A DNA stretch of 64,000 nt, taken from the NCBI GenBank assembly GCA_002269645.1, contig NIVC01001900.1, positions 1 to 64,000 of the forward strand. Reading direction: 5' to 3'. Shown here piece by piece: positions 35,610 through 55,145 of the stretch. The notes under the pieces were generated by a model that saw only the letters and a list, made by a program, of their open reading frames with translations, ran no database searches and had not been told where the DNA came from. The stretch is from Macrostomum lignano. Its lineage: Eukaryota. Within the stretch, counting starts at the first letter, position 1, and the number at the start of each line of letters is the position of its first letter. The position numbers and the translations under genes are program-made.

Positions 35610-36470
35610 TTATCTAGCAACCCTGTTCCCTGTATTGCATCTAGCACCCCTGTAGTGCATCTAGCACCCCTGTAGTGCATCTAGCACCCCTGTATTGCAT
35701 CTAGCACCCCTGTATTGCATCTAGCACCCCTGTAGTGCATCTAGCACCCCTGTATTGCATCTAGCACCCCTGTTCTGCATCTAGCACCCCTGTATTGCAT
35801 CTGTTACCCCTGTATTGCATCTAGCACCCCTGTATTGCATCTAGCACCCCTGTATTGCATCTGTTACCCCTGTATTGCATCTAGCACCCCTGTATTGCAT
35901 CTGTTACCACTGTATTGCATCTAGCACCACTGTATTGCATCTGTTACCCCTGTATTGCATCTGTTACCACTGTATTGCATCTGTTACCCCTGTATTGCAT
36001 CTGTTACCCATGTATTGCATCTGTTACCCCTGTATTGCATCTGTTACCCCTGTATTGCATCTGTTACCCCTGTATTGCATCTGTTACCCCTGTATTGCAT
36101 CTGTTACCCCTGTATTGCATCTGTTACCCCTGTATTGCATCTGTTACCCCTGTATTGCATCTGTTACCCCTGTATTGCATCTGTTACCCCTGTATTGCAT
36201 CTGTTACCCCTGTATTGCATCTGTTACTCCTGTATTGCATCTGTTACCCCTGTATTGCATCTGTTACTCCTGTATTGCATCTGTTACCCCTGTATTGCAT
36301 CTGTTACCCCTGTATTGCATCTGTTACCCCTGTATTGCATCTGTTACCCCTGTTTTGCATCTGTTACCCCTGTTTTGCATCTGTTACCCCTGTATTGCAT
36401 CTGTTACCCCTGTATTGCATCTGTTACCCCTGTATTGCATCTGTTACCCCTGTAGCGCATGTAGCACCCC
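35610..36470. repeat. 20-bp minisatellite, ~43 copies
   Basis: Unit TGTATTGCATCTGTTACCCC, grading from a CTAGCACCCC variant at the left end. Confidence 0.97.
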
Positions 36471-38551
36471 TGATCTACTGCACAACCATCAAAAAATTCC
36501 AGTGAATGCATTTTACGCTCACTAGTTGTTTAACCTGCACCCATTTTGCTCCGTTGAAAACTTACTTTCGGCTCTTTTCAACTCGATCCAGTGCTTTGTG
36601 GACTCCACTCCCTTAAAACTGCGTTCAATCCAGTCGCTTGCGTCGCCACACAGAGTCATAAAACAACTTTTGTTTTCGCCAAAAAGCAGATTCGTTAAAA
36701 AGTGCAACAGTTACAAGGAAAACTGGGGGCCTGCTTAGCATTGGAATAGTTTTGCATGGCTGCGGAGAGATTTCTTCGCCTTCGACTAAGCTTGCATGAC
36801 GTTTACTAATGGGATTGCAAGTTGTGCGCTCTTGGGTGGCTGGGTGAAGCTTGAAGCGGAAAACACACACGCGCAAGTTCTACCCCTGTTGCTGTGGTGG
36901 GCAACTGGAAAGACAAACGAGTATTAGAGTTAAGGAAATAAAAAAAGCTAAGAACGCAACTATTCGGTCTTCCTTTGGTGGCCAATTCAAGCGCAAAGCA
37001 GACCGTGGTCGACAAGAGTCCTTTTTTTAGATTCGACAGTCTGCCTTGTCTTTTTTTGATTCTCCCCGACTGGCAACTGCAGATCGAGAATCGAATGACG
37101 AGGAGCGACCGACGACTCAATCATGTTTTGCTTCATTCATGAGAAACTGCAGTAGAAGGAAAGGACGAATAGTTTTTCAGAAGTGTTGTCGCGCAATTCT
37201 GCATACCTATGGATGCCAACCCCCAAGTCACCCTGTGTGAGGGTGTGCATGAGTGCGTGTGCCTGTGTACAGTATTGGCGCGCCTGTATGTGCTCAGGAG
37301 CCAGCGGAATGGGCAGGAATGATGTCGCCGAAGTAAGCAATTGCATGCGTTTATTTCAATATTGATAAGACAAGTTAGTTGATATTCAATAAAACATGGT
37401 TGAATCTCATTGAGAGTGTTTCATAGTTCATAGTGTTTCATAGAATATTTAGTTCCGCTGCAACAATGGATTTTCAATTCTTTTTATAAACCAACTCATT
37501 ACCGACAATATATTTATACCAGCGTAAAAATCAATCAATTTTTTAAAAAAAAATTTAAACTGAAATTGAAAAATCCGTCAATACAAAGAAATAAAAAGCT
37601 GCTTATAGAGCTGTACTCTAAAGTGAATTCTAGAAATATAATTTGTTTGGCATTGTAAAGTGAATTTCGCAGCTATCTAAATATTGAAATGATTGAATTA
37701 ATAAAAGGGTTAATCAATTTTGATTATTTTTAAGTCAGGGGCAAACACGCAAGCCAAAGCATCAGGCATAAAGCGTACGTGAAGCATGATGCTTCATCAC
37801 TGATAAACTGATTACTAATCGATTAAGTTTCCTCTTCATTTAGAATTACAAATGAAGCTAAAAGTGTGTCTTTAATGCAATTGACAGGGTTGGCAAACTC
37901 CAGTCTGCAAAGCTTCTCTAACCTGCCCTCGGGTCCTTAGATGCGAGTATTTCATCTTTTCTTTCGTCTTCTCTCTCCTTGATTCCAACAAACTTATTTA
38001 ACTTAAAAGTCAAGTTCCCGTCAAAAACAATCTATGCTATGGATCAGTAAAGAAGCGTCTCTTGCAAACGGAAACAAATTTACTAAACCGTCCGACCTTG
38101 ACAATAAGCTCTTGACAGTACATGTACACGCGAATAAAAAAACGTGCAGAACGTGACTTTTGGTCCGAAAATCAAAAAGGTGCATGAAACGTCGTGAAAA
38201 AAACACACACTCACACAGAAATCTTCGATTGCACTTGCTATGTAGATGCTATAGGGCACTCGATCCCTACATAAAATTCGAAAAAATAGCCTGTGAATCG
38301 ATGATAAAGTGACTTGAAAAAAACGAATTATGTCCAGATGGAAAAAAAAATTAATCAAAAAAGTATTGCAAAGGAACAACTGAGTGACTGTGAAGAGTTG
38401 AAAAAGCGGTGAATTTCAGGACAGTCGAGTTAAAAAAGTGCAGTTTAACAAACCGGTGACATAGTTAAATAAAACAAATAAACAAAAGCGACGCAAACAA
38501 CGGTAAAGTTCGCGGTTATTCATTTTTCACTGAAGTCAATCGCCAAGAACT

Positions 38552-44887
<6,336 letters not shown>

Positions 44888-45012
44888 ATTTTTTTCGGAT
44901 TTTGTAACAACAGAAGAATATGACCCTATGTAGTTCTAGACCGACCAGAAGTTAAAAAAATTAATGCTTAAAAAGCTACATGCTAAGTAACCGTTAAAAT
45001 CGCACTAAAAAC

Positions 45013-45026
45013 ATTGTTATGGTAAC
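45013..45026. promoter_or_regulatory. X-box-like site ATTGTTATGGTAAC ~125 bp upstream of the SAXO ATG
   Basis: Intact GGTAAC half-site with a degenerate first half; position is typical for ciliary gene X-boxes. Confidence 0.45.
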
Positions 45027-46065
45027 TATTTAAAAGTAAAACACAGTATAAGCTAAACTATTTTATTAAAGGATAGTTTTAGCTAATACAATCTAGCATT
45101 ATAACCAGAAAAAACAAAAAAAAACGAAAAATCTTGTCTAGAATTGCTACATCTTTGTTAGCTACTATATTTATTACGATACAACTATTAGCTAAACTGC
45201 CGAAGTTCTATTCTCTTTCATACGGTATAATTAAATTGAATATAATGCTAATAAATCTGGTATAAATTACAATTCTTTAACAGCTTTTGATAAGCGAATG
45301 CTTTGAAATGCTTTTCCTGACGATGCACACTTTGAACTGCATGTACGATGCAGTTGACAGTTTTTCGTTCTATTTAAAAAAATTGTCTACTCCTGCTGAA
45401 CGTCTACCAGCTTATTTTCCGTTGCGTGCACACCTGGCTCACGCGGCTTGGCGGCCGAATTAAGTATTGCAATCTTCTTTCCGTCGCTTGGGGCGAGAGA
45501 TGGAATTTTCAGATTTTTACCTTTCGTGCGCAGTGCTGAGTTTTGCATCTGCCATCAACCGTTTATAATTTCTTCCCAATTTCTTGCCTCTCATTAATTT
45601 CCTTTTTCAATCTTCCGCAGGCCAAACTGGATTATTTAAGATTAGGACGTCCAAATTCTCTCAGAGCCATTTGACGCGTTTTGAAATCTCATCTCTCCAT
45701 CGCATAAAACTGTTCAAGATTTTCAGTGTTTTAGCGCGGAAAATGTGATAAATTATTTTATGAATTCCCGCGCGGATGGAAAGATTTGAGTCAGAAGATT
45801 ATTTTAGCTTCCTGCTTCCTGCATGCTTAATTACCTGTGCAGAGCTAGTGGGGCATTGTACCATTCATTGGCAAGTTGGCGCAACTACATACATGTCTAC
45901 TATACACATGTACGTGCAGTAAATGTAATTACCGTCTGCTAACGTGCGTCGCATTTCCATTGCACGTTATATAATTTGAGTTGCTGTCTCAGGGAAGTGC
46001 CAGCTATAATGGAACCGGGGTAAGTCGTCTTCATGGTGCTGTCTTTATGGTAAGCTGTCTCTACT

Positions 46066-46516
46066 CATGGGGGTGCTGTCTTTGATCGGGTCGCTGTTTT
46101 GAATTGGGGTGTTGTCTTTGATCGGGTCGCTGTTTTGAATTGGGGTGTTGTCTTTGATCGGGTCGCTGTTTTGAATTGGGGTGTTGTCTTTGATCGGGTC
46201 GCTGTTTTGAATTGGGGTGCTGTCTTGATCGGGTCGCTGTTTTGAATTGGGGTGTTGTCTTTGATCGGGTCGCTGTTTTGAATTGGGGTGCTGTCTTTGA
46301 TCGGGTCGCTGTTTTGAATTGGGGTGCTGTCTTTGATCGGGTCGCTGTTTTGAATTGGGGTGCTGTCTTTGATCGGGTCGCTGTTTTGAATTGGGGTGCT
46401 GTCTTTGATCGGGTCGCTGTTTTGAATTGGGGTGTTGTCTTTGATAGGGTCGCTGTCTTAAATTGGGGTGTTGGCTTGATAGGGTCGCTGTCTTAAATTG
46501 GGGTGTTGGCTTGATA
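46066..46516. repeat. 36-bp minisatellite, ~12 copies
   Basis: Unit GATCGGGTCGCTGTTTTGAATTGGGGTGTTGTCTTT. Confidence 0.95.
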
Positions 46517-47159
46517 GCAGTTAACTATTGAGTCATTGCCCGCAGTACTATGAGAAAAGAGAACTACGAGCATAAATGTAGAGAAGCACGGAAGGGGCAT
46601 GCATAGTAATGGGCATTCTGCAGTTGGCTAAAGTGGATGTCATCGATGTCATTGGGAGTCCTAAATTTCTAAGCTTGTAAGTGTATGAATTTTCCTCAAA
46701 AGCCCCCAAGCGCGTGAGGTTACGGGGTAGAGAGAATTCGTATCGATTTTTTGAGTCCTACTCAAAGCGAGAAGCAGGAGGCTTTAGCAGGTTTAAAAAT
46801 TGTAAGCAGTTGGATTTCAGAGGCGAAGTTCGAGAGCGCATATTAAGATTTTGGATGCTGGATATAGGCTCTAGTGAGCAATTAGTGAGGCTGAAACACG
46901 ACATGAGCCTAGAGTTGTGACTCAAGCGAGGCTCAAATTCCATCTGCAATTGTAATAGGCCTAACAACAACAAAACTGTATACGAGCTAGTAGACTACGT
47001 ATTGACTGTACTTTAAAATTAATAAAGGAGCAAACAGCAGGTATGAGGCATCTCAATTAGAATATTACATATACCTACATGAATTTTTTAAAAACAAATT
47101 CACTTTATGGCGTCTTAATAGACATGAATCAATAGCTATGACAGGTATAGATAATAAGA

Positions 47160-47716
47160 GATATGTAGACAGGTAGACAGAACACAGGTTGACAGGTAGA
47201 CAGATAGCAGTTGTCTGTCTTGATCTGTCTTGTCTTGATCTTGTCTGTCTAGACAAGTAGACAGAAGACAGGTAGACAGAATACAGGCAGACAGAAGAAA
47301 GGTAGACAGGTAGACAGAAGAAAGGTAGACGGGCAGACAGAAGACAGGTAGACAGAAGACAGAAGGCAGGTCGACAGTTAGACAGAAGACAAGTAAACAG
47401 AAGATAGGTAGATAGAAGACAGGTCGACAGAAGACAGGTAGACAGAATACAGGTAAACAGGTAGACAGACGACAGGTAGACAGAAGGCAGGTCGACAGGT
47501 AGACAGAAGACAGGTAGACAGAATACAGGTAAACAGATAGACAGACAGGTAGACAGAATACAGGTAAACAGATAGACAGACGACAGGTAGACAGAAGGCA
47601 GGTCGGCAGGTAGACAGAAGACAGGTAGACAGAATACAGGTAAACAGATAGACAGACAGGTAGACAGAAGGCAGGTCGGCAGGTGGACAGAAGACAGGTA
47701 GACAGGTAGACAGTAG
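47160..47716. repeat. Degenerate GACAGGTAGACAGAA low-complexity repeat
   Basis: Direct reading. Confidence 0.9.
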
Positions 47717-48102
47717 GCAAACCGACCTAAAAGTACACTTCAGGTGCTCAGAAAGTCAATGAAATTCGAATTTTCAGAGTTATTCAGCACGAAATATGAG
47801 AGTAGCGCGGATTGATAGGATATATTGGGAACACGGAAGCATGGGGAACGACGCGACTGGTGGAGAGCGGGCTTCGCACAAGTTCGTGACTTTTCTACCA
47901 TTCTTAGTCATGCACGAATCATTTCGACTAAGATTGAAAATGCGATCTAATTCCAAATTTATCATTCATATTCATTTATTAAATTTACGATACAACACTG
48001 CAAAACAACAACTCTCGTTCATACAAGCTACAAAGAAAGGACCAAATTATGTTAAATTATAACAAATTGAAATTAAGAATTATACACGTTATTGCAAAAA
48101 AG

Positions 48103-48462
48103 GGGGTGTCAGGATTAGCCAAAAAAGGGTGTCAGGATTAGCCAAAAAGGGGTGTAAGGATTAGCCAAAAAGGGGTGTCAGGATTAGCTAAAAGGGGTGT
48201 CAGGATTAGCCAAAAAGGGGTGTAAGGATTAGCCAAAAAGGGGTGTCAGGATTAGCTAAAAAGGGTGTCAGGATTAGCCAAAAAGTGGTGTAAGGATTAG
48301 CCAAAAAGTGGTGTAAGGATTAGCCAATAAGGGGTGTCAGGATTAGCCAAAAAGGGGTGTCAGGATTAGCCAAAAAGTGGTGTCAGGATTAGCCAATAAG
48401 GGGTGTCAGGATTAGCCAAAAAGGGGTGTCAGGATTAGCCAAAAAGGGGTGTCAGGATTAGT
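48103..48462. repeat. ~23-bp minisatellite GTGTCAGGATTAGCCAAAAAGGG, ~15 copies
   Basis: Direct reading. Confidence 0.95.
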
Positions 48463-49799
48463 CCGAAGTTTTGTGGGATTGGCCAAAAAATTATTTTCTA
48501 CGAGTCGTATAACAAATTCCAAAACAAACAAGCAGGACATAAAGTCGTTCTGTCTATACGCAGGACAAAAATTGTGGGGCAACCCGCACTCACGTTAGGA
48601 CACTAGACTAGGTGTTATAAATAATAGCGCACAACAGTAGCTTATAGAAGCAAAAAAAATTATACAATAGGAAAACTATAAAAAGCGATCCAGCTTTTAT
48701 TAAGTCGCTTTCCAACCTCATTTGACATACACAATTTACGATTAACTGTAATAGTTATTGTATAGGAAATTTTCTTTGTTAGGAGAGAGGATAGACTTTG
48801 AATAGCATTTTATAGCATACTTGCAATGTAGACGTGTAAGGTGTAAAGACATTTTCTAAGCACACAAAAATAGTACGAGCCTTACTTACAGTGTATATGA
48901 TACGAACCTTTTATATTGAGCCTTCCTTACATATTGACAGAACTTTATCAAGGGATTTGCTGCTGCGTCGCAGGCTGATAAAACTCAAATGAGCTTAACT
49001 TTTTTACTAATTATACTCTGGACTTTGAAACAGCCGCAAATGTACATCCCTAATAGATTTACATTTGTACTAAGACAGCGAAAGTGATTTTCTACCCCGT
49101 CTCCTTTCCCCAAGCCACCCACCCCATTTCCTCGAGAGCTATTTTTAGATCAATCTTGTACATCCCCTATGTACATACGTTTAACTAACTGTCTTCCCTC
49201 CGCTTAAACTTTGTGCCCGAAAATGTACACCAGCTGCAAGAGAATAAATCGATTTCTTTCTATTCTACCCCTTTAAGTTAACAAGCCCACACTAGAACCT
49301 TGGCCTTTCCTCTTCCCACTAAGCGCTAAAATCAATATTTTCCACAGATTAAATTCAACTGTATAGCGGAAATCTAAAAAGTACATCTAGTCAGTTTCGC
49401 TTAACTTCCACTTTCCCCAATAATTACGAGCCTATAAAAAGGTCAACCCAAGTTAGAATATTGGGATTTATCGCGTCACATTGAAAAGAGAATATAACAG
49501 TTACGCATCAGTAGAATACGCTCGTAGGACTAAGGGGTCGCAATCGCAGCAAAAGACAAAAATCGAAATCATGTGTTATCTCTTTAAACAGTAATTTCTT
49601 AGTTCAAATGTGATTAAATAGTTATCAATTATCAGTCTTCCTAGCTACGAGAGTACTCGTATAACAAAATTAAATAACTTCCGCATTGACAAATCGAGAA
49701 AGTATGAACTCTTTCTTTCTTTCTTTCTTTCTAGGCGAATGAATGTCTTCTGTGAAAATCAATCATTTTGCAAACTTTGCCTCCGTCTGATTAGCGCAT

Positions 49800-51367
49800 T
49801 TAAACTGACGCTTCAACGCGAAGAGGTGCAGCAGCCGCGCTGGTGGCGTCACCGAAGATCTCCCTTAGCTGGCTCCTGTAGCTGTCGATATTGCGACGCA
49901 TCACCTCCAGACAGGGGCCGAGCAGACGCTCGAAGTCCGACACGTGGAGCACGCAGACTCGGGTGCGACCGACCGAGTAGCAACTGGCCGCTCTGGGCTG
50001 CTTTGTGATGAGCGACAGTTCGCCGAAGTAGGCGCCCTTCTCCAGATGGTTTACCTGAGTCTCCAGGCCATTGTCCGAGTGCCGGCGCATCACCTTCACG
50101 CTGCCCTCCTCGACGAAGAACATTTCGTTGCCGGGGTCGCCCTGGAAGAGTATGGGCTCGCCTGGGAATGGAGATCGGGGGGCTTCGAATGAAGTATCTC
50201 GATTCACAATCCGCCCCTATTCACAATCCGCCCCTATTCACAATCCGCTCCTATTCACAATCCGCCCCTATTCACAATCCGCCCCTATTCACAATCCGCC
50301 CCTATTCACAATCCGCCCCTATTCACAATCCGCCCCTATTCACAATCCGCCCCTATTCACAATCCGCCCCTATTCACAATCCGCCCCTATTCACAATCCG
50401 CCCCTATTCACAATCCGCCCCTATTCACAATCCGCCCCTATTCACAATCCACCCCATTCACAATCCACCTCATTCACAATCCGCCCTATCAACGAGTACT
50501 CCGCTCACCATCATCGTATTCCCTCTCCTTAAGAGCGTCGGCCACATTCTGCCGCTCGTAGTGCGTGAGCTCCGACAGCAACGGCACGGCAGCCAGGAAG
50601 GCTTCGTATTTCTTTCGATTTTTAAACGCCGACATCAGCACCTTCTGCTGGAAGGTGTCCAAGTCCAGCGACCAAAGTACACCGTCAGTTTTAGCAATCA
50701 CGGTGGCCGCCCTGGGGCAGTAGTACATCAGGGCGAGCTCGCCAAACGAGCCGCTGTGATTGTAGGTGACACCAAGGCGACGTTCGCCGCTCACCGAGTC
50801 AGTCACGTACGCCTCGAAGATGCCCCGTTCGATCACGTAGAAATTGTCGCCCTCCTGATCCTGCTCGATAATCACGTCTCTAGCTTTGACGCTGAGTTCC
50901 TGCATGGCGTCGATCACGTGACTCAGGCTGACCCGGTCCAGACTCCTGAATAGAAGAATGTGCTTCACCGTTTCCGTCAGGCGGCGTCTCTGCTCGTCGC
51001 TTTTCGGCAAAATCTTGCGCTGGTAGGTGGCCTCGCTTTTCTCCGGGTCGAAGGACGGAGCGGCGACGCTTGGACGTCGGTTGGCTCGCCATGGAGGCAC
51101 TTTGCCGGCCTCGGCGGCAGCGGCCGCGGCAGCAATATCGAGGTCATCATCTGTCTCGGCACCAGAGTCCTCTCTGGCTGGCACCGTCAGGACGGCAGCA
51201 GCGTCGCCTTCGACGGCACTGTTAACCAGATCGAGCCGTCGAAAGTAAGCGGCAGCAAAGTGGACCAGATTGGCTGGTCGGCGGCGGAGCACCGACACGG
51301 TGAAGTCTTGAAGCAGCGACTGCAGTCCGTCTGGGACTTCGAAGCTTGGCCCTGTTGGCGATGACAT
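49800..51367 (-). CDS. PRKAR2: cAMP-dependent protein kinase type II regulatory subunit; exons 51367-50509 and 50161-49800
   Basis: RII-type D/D domain (VPDGLQSLLQDFTVSVLRRRPANLVHFAAAYF), substrate-type inhibitor site RRPSV, and two CNB domains with PBCs FGELALMYYCPRAATV and FGELSLITKQPRAASC. Phase-1 intron YDDG|EPI with GTGAGC donor and TTCCCAG acceptor. Confidence 0.94.
50200..50488. repeat. 17-bp minisatellite CACAATCCGCCCCTATT filling the only PRKAR2 intron
   Basis: Direct reading; the intron is 50162-50508. Confidence 0.96.
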
Positions 51368-52009
51368 GATCTGCAGATTCCACGGCTGATTTTTTGAGAG
51401 CCTCTTTGATTTGTTGTCCCAAAATGTAGCTAATTTTATCGCGGCTTTTATCCCGTTTTCCTGTCTTTCTGTCTCTTTTTCTCTAGCTCTTCCTCGCTCC
51501 CCTCGGTCTGTTAATTAGACGTCAGATTGAGCATGAAACAGAGCGCGCACACACAAGCTAGCGAGGAGAGAGGAGAGAGGGAAGAAGGGGTGAAGGCCTG
51601 AGGTGCAGCTCAGCCAATCAGCGCGATGAGGGTAGGGTAGAGAGGAGGGTGTCGCGCGGGTTCCGTGATTACTGGCTATTCGGCATTCAGCTACTTTTTT
51701 CTGCTCAAACGGTACCTGAGCAGAGCACGGATGCCTGATTCCTGGATTCGAGCTGGACTGCCTTGAAGGGTTTATAGAATTTCGGATTTGCCCATCTGTG
51801 AACTGAGTCTGTGCGGCACCATAAAGGCACATACGCTAAATATGTAGCCATTTGCCTTCTTTTTTTGTCTCCATCCAGCCTCATACCTTCCCCATCTGCC
51901 TCTCTCCCTCTCCCCCGACCCCCTCTCCCTTACTCTGCTTTTCTCCCCTGTCACTCTCTGTCCCCACTCTCTCTGCCCCTGCCTCCCCCTGTCTCCCTCT
52001 GACTCCCCC

Positions 52010-53127
52010 TGTCTCCCATCTCACCCTGTCTCCCATCTCACCCTGTCTCCCATCTCACCCTGTCTCCCATCTCACCCTGTCTCCCATCTCACCCTGTCTC
52101 CCATCTCACCCTGTCTCCCATCTCACCCTGTCTCCCATCTCACCCTGTCTCCCATCTCACCCTGTCTCCCATCTCACCCTGTCTCCCATCTCACCCTGTC
52201 TCCCATCTCACCCTGTCTCCCATCTCACCCTGTCTCCCATCTCACCCTGTCTCCCATCTCACCCTGTCTCCCATCTCACCCTGTCTCCCATCTCACCCTG
52301 TCTCCCATCTCACCCTGTCTCCCATCTCACCCTGTCTCCCATCTCACCCTGTCTCCCATCTCACCCTGTCTCCCATCTCACCCTGTCTCCCATCTCACCC
52401 TGTCTCCCATCTCACCCTGTCTCCCATCTCACCCTGTCTCCCATCTCACCCTGTCTCCCATCTCACCCTGTCTCCCATCTCACCCTGTCTCCCATCTCAC
52501 CCTGTCTCCCATCTCACCCTGTCTCCCATCTCACCCTGTCTCCCATCTCACCCTGTCTCCTATCTCACCCTGTCTCCCATCTCACCCTGTCTCCCATCTC
52601 ACCCTGTCTCCCATCTCACCCTGTCTCCCATCTCACCCTGTCTCCCATCTCACCCTGTCTCCCATCTCACCCTGTCTCCCATCTCACCCTGTCTCCCATC
52701 TCACCCTGTCTCCCATCTCACCCTGTCTCCCATCTCACCCTGTCTCCCATCTCACCCTGTCTCCCATCTCACCCTGTCTCCCATCTCACCCTGTCTCCCA
52801 TCTCACCCTGTCTCCCATCTCACCCTGTCTCCCATCTCACCCTGTCTCCCATCTCACCCTGTCTCCCATCTCACCCTGTCTCCCATCTCACCCTGTCTCC
52901 CATCTCACCCTGTCTCCCTTCTCACCCTGTCTCCCATCTCACCCTGTCTCCCTTCTCACCCTGTCTCCCATCTCACCCTGTCTCCCATCTCACCATGTCT
53001 CCCATCTCACCCTGTCTCCCATCTCACCCTGTCTCCCATCTCACCCTGTCTCCCATCTCACCCTGTCTCCCATCTCACCCTGTCTCCCATCTCACCCTGT
53101 CTCCCATCTCACCCTGTCTCCCATCTC
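52010..53127. repeat. 17-bp minisatellite TCTCCCATCTCACCCTG, ~65 near-perfect copies
   Basis: Direct reading; it gives the spurious 462-aa ORF. Confidence 0.98.
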
Positions 53128-53599
53128 CCACTATCATGCTTCTCTTACTATCCTCCATTCTTCAATCCAGGCTCCATTTCTTACGGCTAAATATTACGGC
53201 TACAGAAAACTGCTATATTAATAGCCATGCGTCTGTATAAAACCAGTATTTCAAAGCAGGTTTCCAATTACCTCACTCGCCTTACTTAATTATAGATTCC
53301 TCTCTCAGCCAGATGTAACCAGCTTGTACATCTTGACATGCACGGATCAGCAGGAAGTGTTTTTTTTAGTTTTCGCTCTGCACAGACCTGACACAGGGCA
53401 AACATACCTGTTGATCCATGTAAAGGCTTGTAATTTCCGTTCTTATAACTGAGCGACTGAGCTCACGTGAGGCTGAGCTAGACTCTCTCGTGGCTCCGTT
53501 GGGAATGCACAATGACAAGCTGCAGAGGAGAGCGAGAGAATGTAATACTAGGCTTGCTAAATAATCGTAGGTATCTGAAGGGCATGGTAAAGGGTAGGA

Positions 53600-53680
53600 T
53601 AGATGAGACGGTAGATATGAGAGAGAGAGATGATACAGTAGATATGAGAGATGTGACAAGAGATAAGAGAAACAGATGAA

Positions 53681-53712
<32 letters not shown>

Positions 53713-53962
53713 GAGTGAGATGGGACAGTAGATATGAGAGATGAGAAAGTAGATATGAGAGAGATGAGACAGTAGATATGTGAGATGAGACAGTAGATAT
53801 AAGAGAGATGAGACAGTAGCTATGAGAGATGAGACAGTAGATATGAGAGAGATGGGACAGTAGATATGAGAGAGATGGGACAGTAGATATGAGAGAGATG
53901 AGACAGTAGCTATGAGGGATGAGACAGTAGATATCAGAGAGATGAGACAGTAGATATGAGAC
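53600..53962. repeat. Degenerate ~23-bp repeat (GAGATGAGACAGTAGATAT core)
   Basis: Direct reading. Confidence 0.85.
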
Positions 53963-53979
53963 AATATGAACCTTTAAAA

Positions 53980-54598
53980 TGGCGCTAGAATCTATCATTT
54001 GGCGCTAGAATCTATCCTGTGGCGCTAGAATCTATCATGTGGCGCTAGAATCTATCCCGTGGCGCTAGAATCTATCATTTGGCGCTAGAATCTATCATGT
54101 GGCGCTAGAATCTATCCCGTGGCGCTAGAATCTATCATGTGGCGCTAGAATCTATCCCGTGGCGCTAGAATCTATCCTGTGGCGCTAGAATCTATCATGT
54201 GGCGCTAGAATCTATCCTGTGGCGCTAGAATCTATCCCGTGGCGCTAGAATCTATCATTTGGCGCTAGAATCTATCATGTGGCGCTAGAATCTATCCCGT
54301 GGCGCTAGAATCTATCATGTGGCGCTAGAATCTATCCCGTGGCGCTAGAATCTATCCTGTGGCGCTAGAATCTATCATGTGGCGCTAGAATCTATCCTGT
54401 GGCGCTAGAATCTATCCCGTGGCGCTAGAATCTATCATGTGGCGCTAGAATCTATCCTGTGGCGCTAGAATCTATCCCGTGGCGCTAGAATCTATCCCGT
54501 GGCGCTAGAATCTATCATGTGGCGCTAGAATCTATCCTGTGGCGCTAGAATCTATCATGTGGCGCTAGAATCTATCCTGTGGCGCTAGAATCTATCCT
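53980..54598. repeat. 20-bp minisatellite GGCGCTAGAATCTATC(A/C)(T/C)GT, ~31 copies
   Basis: Direct reading. Confidence 0.97.
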
Positions 54599-55059
54599 TC
54601 AGTCCCAAAATATTCTGTTCACTGACTCCACTGCACTTGATTGTGTTGATTATGTTACAATGACACTCACTGTCTGTGGTTGTTGCGGCCTTGACTTTTG
54701 GATTATTATACAAGCTAGCAAGTATTACATGTAGTTATGGAACAGAAAAAATGTTAGTGATGAATAATTTTCTGTACTGAAAGTGTTCCTGAACAACTGA
54801 ACTATACAGTAGTGCAGAAGTATTAAGATATTTCGGATTGATTGCATAGATGATTGGCCAAGACAAAATGAAGGAATCGAGCAATTATTGCAGTTGCTAG
54901 GGAGCACGAGATGGGGGAAAGAAGTACTCGTGCATTGCTTTGTACGAATTTGCAGAATTTGCAAACAGTGACAAGGGAACTATGGCAAGTTGAGGAAATG
55001 ATATTTGAGGAACAGAGTGAGTTTGAGAGAGACGAGAAATGATAAAAGAAAGGGGAGAC

Positions 55060-55145
55060 AAGGGAGACAGGGGGAGACAGGGGGAGACAGGGGGAGACAG
55101 GGGAGACAGGGGAGACAGGGAGACAGGGAGAGACAGGGGTAGACA
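55060..55145. repeat. 10-bp GGGGAGACAG repeat (a related degenerate tract lies at ~58440-58525)
   Basis: Direct reading. Confidence 0.85.

Noticed and set aside
46560-47000. Possible LINE/endonuclease fragment
   Set aside because: Short stop-interrupted frames with no convincing catalytic motif.
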